DNA of 43,076 nt. Source: an uncultured Planctomycetales bacterium. Its GTDB lineage: Bacteria > Omnitrophota > Gorgyraeia > Zapsychrales > JANLHA01. Position numbers and translations under genes: made by a program. The notes beneath the pieces are model-generated. The model saw only the letters and a program-made list of their open reading frames with translations, did no database searches and was not told the origin of the DNA. Shown here piece by piece: positions 24,401 through 36,400 of the stretch. The stretch's first letter is position 1. Every line of letters starts with the position of its first letter. The stretch spans positions 1 through 43,076 of the forward strand of contig CAZWOH010000002.1 in NCBI GenBank assembly GCA_964635405.1, read 5' to 3'.

Positions 24401-27400
24401 ACCAAAGCTCTCGAGTGCTATGCAAAAAGAAACTTTGGAAAACTTGAAGTTGTTTGCTCAATACCCAACTCATAATCGCATGATGTATACGCGCGTTCCA
24501 CTTCCGATTGTTTTTCACTCTATTGATATTTTCACTTGGGTGCATGAAGGCTTTGTAAATCGTTTTAAGACCGCAAGTGACAATGAGGAAAAAACTACAG
24601 CCGCCGCAAAGGCCTACGAGCCAATCCTTCAAATCTGGAAGACTTCAGTCAAGCCTCAAAATCAAGCAGTTGATCAATATAAATATAAGTCAGCGCAGAG
24701 CCCTGATGTTGTCGCTTATGTCAAAACTCTCAAGGATAGAGTTATGTATTTGAAGGTTTATTTTGCAGATCTCGCTTTAGCGAAAGAAATGGATAAGAAT
24801 TTTCAGAGAAATATCAATGTTTATCTCCAAGTTCTTAAAGATATTGAGGACGCTTTGCAACAAAAAACGGGGCAATCAGATTCCTTATATCTACGACGGT
24901 TAGAGGAAATTGATTGGGAATTGACAGAGATGTCCTTCTTCCCGCATAAGCCTGTTAAACGTGCTAGCTTAAAGAGCGCAGCTGGGTGGAACACCCTTAA
25001 CGGGATTAAAGTCAATTTAGGTAATGTTGTCAGTAAGATTTGGTTCTCTGTAAAATCAGTTATGAGATTTTCTCGCGATCGCGTTTTACATATGATTGGT
25101 GTCGAGGATACATTTATTGCATTGTTTGTTTATGCTTTCATGGTTCCAATGGCAATTTTGACTGGCGTTTTATCTATTTTAAAGCGGATTTTGGTTGGCT
25201 TAGATCGCGTTTTTCTCAGAGGATTTGCAAGAAAGAAAGTGATAAACATTTGGCATAAACAAGAAGCCACTGGTGCGGCACTTTCTGGTTATCCGGCTTT
25301 GCCAATGTCGAAGCGTATGGCTTTAAATGAAAAACATACGCTTTATAATTTTGGTAAAAGTTTAGGTGGTGAGAAATCTATTAACGAAACGGATGAAAGT
25401 AAGTCGCTGGATTTGATACGTTTACTTCTGGACAATGATAAACTTGAAGAATTTATTAAGTCATCAGCAAACAAAACTTCTACCGCCTCCAGCTCAGCGA
25501 TTGTGGACTTTAAAGAACTCGAAACAGTCCAATGGTCTAAAGAGCATCAACCTAAATCTTCTAGTTCGACACTGGACATAAAAACTTTCCCAATCCTTGT
25601 TTCTGCTATTGCGGGAATGCAGGATAAAAATATTTTGGTGACGGTGACATTGAAAGACGCAACAACTGGCACAGTTGAGATTAAGTTTGATTCTCCGTCA
25701 GAAGAAGACGTTTTAGAAGCTTTACAATATGCTTTTGATCAGCAAAGACAGAACGAAAAAGATATGAAAAATTTAGTGGCTTGGTTCCCAGCGCCTGAGA
25801 AAAAGCTTTTTGGCATGATGACTAAAGCGCCTGTGAGAACTTTTACTCTTCGATTCCATGGCATGGCAGGCAACATCGCTTACGTAAAAGATAATACCAT
25901 TTATGTTTCTCATCATGCTCTACGTGCGCCACCAGTCTGGGAATTTAGCATGGATTACAAACAAGCCCGCCGTAGATTCCTTAACATTATCTTTTCTGAT
26001 GAAATTGAACACCTTCTGTATCCAAACCAAACTCAAGCCACGACTCATCAGCATCTGATTGCCCGCTTGGGAAATAATCAAGACGATGTCATGGCATTGT
26101 ATTATTTCGTGAGCGACATAAATTTTGTTGTTAACAATGAAGATTTGCAGGGTCTTTTAGAAAAAACATCGGCACAAAGATTAGCTAATTATTTGGCTGG
26201 GCAAGGTTTGACTGTATCACAGTTAAAAGCCGGTGGAAAAAATATCAATGATTTAGTCGTTGCCGGCAACGATGATTTAAATACATTAAGAGCTGTTGTC
26301 GAGTTATTTAGCAATGGCGTTGGGCAGAGAATTATTATTCTTGGTGGCTTCGGTCGGTTGACGATATCTTTAGTTAGACGAGCTGTCAAAGCTGGGTATA
26401 GTATCCAATTATCAGCAACAGAACAAATTAATAGTTCAAATTTTGCAGAGTTTGAAAAGCGGGTCATGCGTGCTCCACGAGCCAATGATCTATTAAAAAT
26501 CAGCGAAGCTCAGATTATCAAGCAGATCATGTTTCAAATTATTTCTAAGAATTATCCTGCAGTAATTCAAAGATTCCAAGAGCCAGGCCGTATTGTCATC
26601 GAAGAGTCTTCGACAAATACTCTTGATAATTATAAAAAGTATCATGACTTTCTCGTTGAGGATGCGCGTTTTAAGACACAAACTCAACAAAATCAGCCGT
26701 GGACTATTGTCAACATTAGCCACCCGTTGTTAGAATTTCGTACCCAAGCAACCTATCAAAAGGTTTTTGAGTCACTCATTGCCCAAGGAAAAATCCGCGG
26801 GACATCTTTAGCGCAAGAATATCAAGTTAATGGTTTGGAACGCTCGGTAAGAGAAAGACTTATTGACGAGGTGTTTAGAATTATTATTTATTCACAGCAT
26901 GAGGATATCCGTATTTTATGTGGTGAAAAGAAAGGTTTAAACGCAATTGATGCAGAATATTTTCTGGTGGCAGTGGAGTTATTTAATGGACTCAATGAAG
27001 ATTATGAAAGAAATTTATTAGCTAATCAGCTTGTCGCAGCGTGGGTGACATATCCAGCAAAAGGGCGTTTGTCCGAAGAACAAATGCGCGCAGGTTTATC
27101 ACCTGCTACGTTGGAATTTTTTGAGACGATAGTTGCTTTCTTTGATACAAAAGATCTCTTGAATAAACAACAGGAATCTACCGTCGAAAGAATAGGTCCT
27201 AAAAGTTTTATGGATACCCCAGTTAATGGATCATTTGTTGAAACAATCCCCGTTGACCGGCTAACGAAAGAGTTGGAGGACAGGACAAGGGCTATGCGTT
27301 CACCTGAAAAACTAACAGCTGAGCTGGTTGGGCGTGTCTTAAAGGCTTATAGCAATAATACAGTTTTGGCTGAATGGCATCTTGCCACCTATTTGGTTCA

Positions 27401-30400
27401 AATTCGTGCAAATCGGCATTCTAGCCCAGAACAAAGAGCGGAAGATTATAGAATAGTTCGCAAAGCGATTGCAGATTATAAGCATACCGGAAAGATTGAA
27501 GAATATTCCCGTCCGGATATCCCTGTTTTACGTCGGAACGTTGAAATTTTTGGTGTTCTTTACGGCGATTCGCAGGATGAGGCAGCACTCAACAGGGTTG
27601 CTTTTTTTAATAATCATATTGGAATTCATAGAACGTATGGCGACTTTAAGATAGGTCGCTTTGATTTGAACCCAGAAGCATTTTTGAGAGTTGATGATCA
27701 AGGTGATCTTTACTTCGATATTTTATTTTACAGATCCAAAGAACCATCGAAAAAAGTCATTCTTTCATCCAATGACCCAAATTTGATTGAGCCGGATCTA
27801 AGTGATGTTGATCAAAAAGACGTGAGCAATATCCCGATTTATGAAAGAATTTCTGCAGAAGATGCAGGAAATTCTCTCGCTGAGCCATTCTTGCCGCGGA
27901 TAACTTCAATTTATGGCGCGGGTATTTTAGCTGTCCTTCCTTTTGCACCAACAGAATGTTTAAGTGTATTCGCACAACATATAAGCAATATCATTCACCC
28001 TTCAGAAGAAGATATGGTTAACGTGCTTAGTCGTTTCAAGACAATTCCAATAGATATTGTCGGAGTTTCGACATCAGAATGGACTTTACTGCCCAAAAAA
28101 GCTTATGAATATATTTTCCGTCATCTTAATAAGTTATATGAGGATGATGAAGAAACCGGAAAGCAATATCATTGGTTAGCATGGATACACACCCATCCCT
28201 ATTATTCAAATATAGATCATCAAATAATCGCACCGCTGTTTACATTGCTGGTGAAAACAAAGCTTGCAAAATATCACTATGATAATAGAAATATTTTTCA
28301 ATATATGTCGCCGGGGGACATAGAAAATGCATTAGTATTTCCAAATATGTCAAGGGCTTGGAAGCTTCCAGATATTCTTTTAGGGGAAGTAATTATTTCT
28401 GGAATTCAAGTTATAGATGAGGACTGCAGGGCTATAGGTAAACCCAATTGGCACGATTTTTATATGAAAGACAAGCCCGTGTTGGATGAATTATTAGATT
28501 TTGCCAGCAAAGCAAATAAAGGATTTTCGACTGTCTTTCAAGAAGGTGAAGAAAGGAGGCTCCCTGAGTCGATTTCTATATTTTATGAAACAATGCATCA
28601 TTGGTTGCAAGAGTCTAGAGAAACAGAACGCAAAGGAGAACTGATAATCGTTTCTTCCACCAGCTCTCCTATCACCTCCCAAAACAATACCGCGTCGTCG
28701 GTTATCCCCGCCGCCAGCGCGGCGGTAACGGTTGAGGACGTTGTTTTAAAGCAGCTCTTTGCACTCCGCGGCAATATTCCTTTTGGCTCTAAAGGCCTTG
28801 ATCAGGCAAGAACACCATTAAGTGAGACGGGATTAACTGAATCGGATTTTGAGATTTTTTACCAGCTTGCCTGCGTTCATTATTTGGGCCAACATCGTAA
28901 AGATAAGCCAAAGACGAGTTATCTAGTTCATATTTTAGACGGGCTATTGATCCTTATAAATCTTCTAAAGGTCAGCGATCCCAACGCCATCGCGGCGTTT
29001 TATGTGCACGATACGGGTGAGCGATCTGCATTAAATGAGAATCAAGCGTATCCCACGCCTGAAATGCTGCAAACGGTTGAAGAAGATTTGCGCGAGCGTT
29101 TGGGACAGATTAATGCGCTTGATGTGGAGCTTATTATTAAGTATTGGAAGCTTCTGACCAAGACAAAGGTTAAATTTGTCAAGTTTGACATGGTTCCCTA
29201 TCTTTCAGAGATAGCTCAAGAGGGCGATCTTCTGATCCTCGTCAAATTAGCCGACCGAATACAGAATTTACTCAGCGATCAATATTCCAATAATAGACAA
29301 TTGGTTGAACGCTATATTTGGGAAACCATTGAGTATTTCTTGGAAACGCCATTGACTCCAGCGGGCAAGACGTTTGTCGGAAGCCTGTCAGAACAATGGC
29401 AAGGTGCTGGCAATGCCTTTAGACTTATGTTGATTCAGTCGCTTATCCTCAATTTTAATAAACTTCAGGGGATTCATACACCGGCAGATGTTAAAGACAC
29501 TATTTATAGAATTATTCCACAGATCAATTTAGAGCGCTATGCAACGTATTCTCCGTGTCGATTATTAGATCTCGCCTTAGATGATTTGAAAAATCATAGC
29601 GCTAGCTCGGCGATTGATTCGTCCAAACCGCAATATCAATGGAAATATGGAATTAACCAAATTGGCAGCCACAAGACCGTACAATCTAATATTCTTCGTC
29701 GAGCAGAGACGATGATTGAAGAATTGCAAAAAGTTTCGGTTGCGGGCAGTACGGTTGATCAAAGCTATTTGACAAAGAATATTTTTGGGAATATTAGAAT
29801 TAACGGCAGGGTGGTTGCATTTTGTGGCCACGTTGTGGCAGGCGATTTGATGCGCCAAGACGAAGAAGCTTTAGTAGCTGGCTTTAAACAACAATTAACA
29901 GAATGGTTGTCGAAGTTCTCCGGCGCGCCACCGGGCAGTTTAACACAACAGCTCTTTTCAAATTTTCGTGTTCTTGTTGTTTCCTCCCCCAATGTTTTTT
30001 CAATAATTAAAAATAATTCTAAAAATCCGCAGGTTTCAAGCTCATCTTTGCAAGTTGTAAGTCCTGATCAGTTAGCAGAGTATGGGAAGATTAGGCCCAT
30101 CGAATACAAGCCAGATCCTTCTATCTTAGTTATATTTGATAGTCATTACTGGACTGAAGAGCCGCGTAATCTCTTAGATGAAGAACAAGATATGCTTGAG
30201 AGGTTGATTTTTGGGGACATCTATTTCCAAGGGAAAAATGTTTTTGTCTCTGAAAATTGGGATCTGACTGATGGAGCTTTGATGGCGGTAGCTGGTAATA
30301 GAGCTGTGATTATTAATCGTTTTGTTCTCGATAATTTATTGAAACAGCAAGATTCGTTGTCGGCAGGAGAGTTTGAAGAACTTGTCAGTTTTTATAAAGA

Positions 30401-33400
30401 TATTGTTATCGGTATTCATGTTAACTTGCGTTTTGTATTCTTTGATGAGGAAGAATTGCATGAGGAAATGATCCGTCGGTACATGAAAGATAATAGAGGA
30501 TTAACTATAGCTTTTAAAATCTTGGATCAGCTCAATCAATATAATGTTGTACTTAACAAGAATTTTTTGGAGTCTTTCCAAAGACTTCGTCGGATGCTTC
30601 CACAAGGACAGGAATTAGTAATTTTTTGTCCGAACGTATCGTTACCTAATAACCCAGCTGTGGATTATATGGGAGTTATTTTTCAAGCAAAGTTAGGGCA
30701 TAATTTGCGTGGTGAAAGACAAGTTCCTGTTAAACAACCGATCACTGGTAATGGTTTTAATGGGGATTTAGAGCAAAGGGATCGTTTAGCCGAGACTTTG
30801 TTTGATGCCGTGTCAAGGATTTTGGTCGGCGGGGAAACTCCTTTGGTGTTGTTTGATTTGGATGATACGTTAAGCCATGGGTTTGGCGGACCGCTGCATG
30901 AAGGAATTCTTGACTTGATGCAGCAGTTAGCAGGGACGCATGTTGTTTTTGGTATTAATACGGGTGCGGATTTGCCTTGGGTAAGTCACCGCGTGTTAGA
31001 TTTAACTCAAGAAAAGTTTATTATTCCTGTTCTTATCTTGAGTTCCGGACGTCAAGTATTGATCTGGGATAATCAACGACAAGCTTATCGAGTCTATGAG
31101 GTGGATAAAAAAACCAATAAAGGAAAAAGTACACTTGCGCTCATCAGCAAATTAGGTATTAAAAAACAAAGTGTGATTTATGTAGCTGATTTCCCAGGAT
31201 CGGAGGATAAAAAACAAGCTGGGATTGATGACAGTATGCTTAATCGAGGGTTTGGTCTCATTGTTTCTGTTGGGCCGCGTCATGATTTTAATGTAGAAGA
31301 AAACACAGTGTTAATACAGACCCAAAACTACGGAATAGTAGGGCCGCAGGCAACAGTCGTTTTGATGCAAGTTCTGTCGGATATGTTTCATAGGCCTATG
31401 CCAGCAGTTAAATTGAAGAACGTCGCAAGCAATCTTTCAGCGAGCGGCCGCTTAATTTTTTCTCCAGCGGCTATGTTAGGGGATGAAATAAAAATAAGTA
31501 TCAGCAACGATTCGGATACTATCACAGTGCCGGGTAAGGGTAATCTATCGTTACAAATTACTGATGGTTCCCGCATGGCTTATGCAGGGGTTGAGCGCAA
31601 GGATCCTCAAACCGGTCAGGTCACGTGGGAAAAAATCTATGCGATTCCGATGATTCGTGTTAATGGACATCGTGAATTAGCGATTCGCGATCCACAAATC
31701 AATGTCTGTTTGTTTTTGTCTTACGGATCTTCGGTTGGGCTTCAAAAGCCAAGCTGGCATTCTCGTAGACCTTTGAAGATCGCTCGTGTTGATGAAGTTG
31801 CGAGTAGATATAATTATCAATTTGACAGCTTTACATCTTTTGAAAATTTGTTGTTATCCCTAAATGTTATTCGAGAGATTATGGAAGGTTTATCGAATTT
31901 TGATGGGATTGAACTTATTCAAGGCCGTAGCCGAAGTGTAGTTTTTCGTACGGCCCGAGGAGATTTGATTATAAAAATGTATAGTGCAAAAGATTCTGGT
32001 GATTCTAGATTCGCACGGGATTTGTTATTCGTAACTACTTATAATGCTGCTCAAAATGCTCATCGGCCAACGGGGTATTCAAGTCAAGATCGCTTTTTTG
32101 TCGTGGAAGTGGATACAACTGCTTTAACCTTAGCTGAGTGGATGGCTTCTTTAAGCGATAAAGATCAGTTAAATAAGGCAGTTTTAGCTATAGCTAGCGG
32201 CTTAAGGGATTTTGGTTCTATTAGTTTTTATGAATTTGGAATGATTACTAGCAATGGGCCTAATCCTGACAGTAATGATTTTGTGCAGATGGATGAAACC
32301 CCTCAAACTTACTTCCACTTTGAACGAGAGCTTATACATAGGATTTTAAAAGAGTTAGGAAACATTGGCTTAAAAATGTCTAACCCTTCGCTTTTGGATG
32401 ATTGGCAACAAAGGATATCCACCCTTAATTATTTTGTTTTGAACCACGGAGATTGGAGTCCTTGGAACATTCTTGTTGATCAGGATGGTCGTCTTGTGAC
32501 CGGAATAGATGGTGAAGATATCTTGTCAGCCCCGCCAGAGAGGGATATCGCAATATCATTGATACGTTTGTTTGATACCTCTTTTGATATGCCATTAGTC
32601 AGGGAAAATCTTAATCGATTATGTGAGTCATTATTGGAAGTTTATAATGAAAATCGTCGAATAAATTTTGATGTTCTGCCGTTTTTTCTTGCTTTGGCGG
32701 CCTTGCGAAATGCCAGAGGACAGGGGATTGATTTTCGAAATCAAATACGCGCAAAGTTAATGCTGAGTTTGGCAGAATATTTCCTTAGCTTTTCGACGGT
32801 TGATCGGCGCAATGTTTTTCCTGTAACAGAAGCTGTATTTAGAGTCGCAATATTTGATTCAAATGCCCATGTCCAAATAGCCGGGTCATTTAATAATTGG
32901 AAACCTTCTTCTGTGGATTGGCAACCCGTTACAACTAATACAGGAACATTGGTCGCCTTGGAAGCACGGTTATCTTTAGTCGCAGGAGAGTATGCTTATA
33001 AATTTATTATCGATGGCAGATGGATTGCAGATTCCAGCGCAGGCGAAATAAAAAAAGGCAATATGATTTTAAGATTACCGTTTCCTGCAATAGAAAACGA
33101 GCAGCATCTTGAGACAGATACCGCCTCCAGCGGGGTTCACTATAGGCCAGTTAATTGGGGCATTTTGGTCCGCGATATCCGCGTTATCGGGTTTGATTTG
33201 GACGACACGTTGTATAACTCGAAAATCCTTATGCAGGAGTTTAGGAATTGTATTTTTTATTTTCTGGCTGAACGTTTAAAGACAAATTATACCGATGCCA
33301 AAGAACATTATTATGAAACAAAGAAAAAAGTCGCACAAAAATCAGGAGGACAGCCGCTTGCCATTGAAGTTCTTTATGAACTTGGAGTATCTCTTCAAGA

Positions 33401-36400
33401 GTGGGAAGAGTATTCTGATAAAAAATTTTCTTTTAAGAATTATGTTAGATACGACGAGAACCTGCATAATCTGTTAAGAGAAATCAAGAATTTGGAAATA
33501 AAGATTTTCTTATTAACTAATAATAGCTTGAATCAAACACACGGTATTTTAAATGCTTTAAAAGTTTACGAGTTGTTTGATTTAATTCTGACTAGGACGC
33601 ACGTGCCTCTTAAGCCTAATCCAGAGGGATTTAAAAGAGCGGCAAAACATTTTAAAGTAGAGCCGCATGAAATTCTTTATATGGGAGATAATCTGCGAAA
33701 TGACTCGGATTCTCCGAAGGAGAATGGTAATCGCGCATTAATAGCGATGATAGAAGATTCTAGTATTTATTACGTTTTGGGGATGTTCATAGAACATCGC
33801 AAGCGCAGAGAAGATCCGAATTTCAAGTGGCATTTGGAAGAACTGATGAATCGGGAATCTTCTGCTTCTGGTTCTTCCCCAATTAACCTTGGGTCCGGAC
33901 GAAAGCCGGCGGAGGTTATGCACGCATTGCGCTTATATGAACAAGCTTTTTCTGACGGACAATGGATCGATGCGATGCGCTTGCTTTTTGTTTTTGCTCA
34001 TCTTCCATGGGTTGCGGATAAACCTCTAGCGATTGCTAATCAGATTGCGCAACACATAGCAGATTTACGCAAACAAATTCTCCAAGCCCAATATCCGATT
34101 GAACATGCAGATAAATATGTTTTGCTTCATATTTCTGATAAACATCAAACGATGACGACACGTAACATCAACCAAGCTTTCACGGATCCGCAAGTTTTTA
34201 GTGATCCGGCAAAATTTTCCGCATTGTTTAAAGATCTTCTCGATTTGCGTCGAGAAGTCGCGGATGATTTTAAGCCGCAAGCCACACTCGCTCTTGCGCA
34301 GGCGCGGGAGCTGATTTGGGCGCGCGCGGGGGATGTCGAAACTTTGGTTAGCATGTATTCTGTATATGAAGAAACCGCTCGGGCGCTTTTGTGGAAATAT
34401 TCGCCGATCGATTTGTCAGCAGACCAGCGCGCTTTCCTGACGGTAGCTGCAAAATTCGAAGAAAGCCAGACGATGTTGTCAATAGAGCGGATCTCGGGAG
34501 AGATTGCTTTGTCGCTCAATGATACGCAAAAGATTTGGCATGAAATTCGTGAAATCTTCAGGCGTAACGCTATTGATAAACCACTTAAGGAACTTTTAAA
34601 CGGAATTTGGCAACATGAAGATATGGTTTTGTTTGAAGGAGTTATTTTAGGTGAAATCAAAGATTGGGTTAGAAATAATCGACAGGCTCTTGTCGAATCT
34701 ATTGGAAACGAATTTGTGCTTTTTGATCAGCTTGTTAGACATGTTATCGCAGAGTATAAGACAAAAAATCCCGGACAACGGATGCCGCCGTATAAGGACA
34801 TCGAAGCTCAAGTGGCACAGATCATTTCTCCAGCGGATTTTAGCACTAAGCGCGCGGCGCCGGATAAGAAGCCTATTGTTCTGACTGCTCAATCTGCGTC
34901 GGGAGAAGAGTGGCACTATAAAGTTTTTATCAGTCGGGAAATGGACTCAAATCTTTGGCAGGATAATCAAGCGGTAATTATTTCAAAATTACAAAAATAT
35001 TTGACGATTGCGGCAACAAATGGAAAATGGAATACAGATGATTTTTCTTCGGAGTCTATTTATCAGATTTCTCAGCGCGGAGTAAGAGTTCTTAAGTTCA
35101 GAGAAGGTGCGAAACGTTTTGCTGTGGTTGTCATTAGTGACCCGCAGTTGCTGGCGCAGGGACGGTTTTTTATCAATGCGAGTTTGAGAGATAAACTTAA
35201 AGGTCAGGAATATGAAGATTTTCTTTTGGGTTTGATTAGTAAAGCACAAAAGAACCAAGGTTTTGTGCCAGCGGTAGCCTCCAGCGCGGCGGTGGATTAT
35301 GTCGAGTTACGCGCTAAAGGATTATTGTCGGACCCCGTTGTGGTGAGGGTGGTTTTTGCAAAAGGTCAGTTGACTGTAACGGGATCGAATGGGATGGGAC
35401 AAGATCAAGACGCCGTTGTCGAGGGATTTAAACAACAATTAACAGAATGGTTGTCCAAGTTCTCCGGCGCTCCGCCGCTTTACGGCGAGAAACAGGCGTT
35501 TTTCTTTATTCTGCTTCGTGAGGTTTCCATCCCAGTAATAGTTTCTCCAAAGACAGCTTCATCTGTAGTCACCGCCGTCAAAATGAGCCCGTCGGTCGGC
35601 GAACGTGTCCCCGTTGTCCCGGGACAAGAATTTTTCGTTGACATTGTTGTTCAGACAAACGGTTCTGTTAAACAAAATCAGTTGAGGGTAGAGCTTTTTA
35701 CCAACATGAATCATTCTGGTAGTTGGACTCCGATAGAAGTGAATTTAGAAAATATATCTTTGATTTCAAAAGGCAAGGCGGGGCATTTTTATCATGCGCA
35801 TGTAATTCTTCAAGCACGCCAGCCTGGAAAATTTGCTTTCACCGCCCGGGCAAAAATTTCCGATCAAAAAGAATTCGTTTGGGTAGGTGGGGATGCGACG
35901 GTCAAGGTATCTCTTCTTCCCGATTGGTTTAACCCGGCTACGTTTCATTCGGAGTATACTTATACACCGGACATTGCGAAAGAAGGGTTTGCTGATAATT
36001 TCACCGGCCTGTTAGGCTACATCAAAAGTCAAAAACAAGTTACCCGCAGAAATGCTTTTTTCCTTTCGCCGTTTTTCCCAACGTCGAACGTGTCGCCGTT
36101 TTCTGCCGTGTCTGTTTATGTTCTTAATCCTGCCTTGATTGACTGGTCAGCGGTGGTGGATGCGGGGCAGACTCATCTGGAAAAATCCCATGCCTTTTAT
36201 CAAAGCGCCTCACAAGAAAGAAAAGAGCAGCTAAAGCGTTTTGCCTCTCATCCAGAGGTTGGCAATTACGCGCATCATATTTTGCGCCGGATTCGTACTA
36301 GCAAGTGGGTGATTTATGGTGTTGATTATGACAGTTTAAGTGAGCTGGGCGATCAGGAAATTTATGATTTTATTGTTTATGAAGAGTTTGTTGCTTTGGA

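Noticed and set aside
25989-26018. IFSDEIEHLL as a zincin HExxH metalloprotease motif
   Set aside because: The first position is Asp, not His (DEIEH), and there is no downstream third-ligand motif. I consider it a chance resemblance.
31110-31135. NKGKST (and GGGTG at 40089-40103) as Walker A / P-loop NTPase motifs
   Set aside because: Neither fits GxxxxGK[ST]. NKGKST is the conserved Lys region (motif III) of the HAD-IIB module, and GGGTG is the YvcK/CofD signature.
34145-34660. The longest ORF in the supplied track (171 aa, minus strand), together with the other minus-strand ORFs of 100-126 aa (3264-3641, 10886-11257, 11475-11828, 15443-15823, 17226-17564, 20766-21113, 39391-39741)
   Set aside because: All lie antisense to the continuous + frame-3 ORF. 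Their translations are low-complexity and biased (S/R/L/I-rich) with no family motifs. Their lengths are what is expected for shadow ORFs opposite a long coding region. None has independent support.
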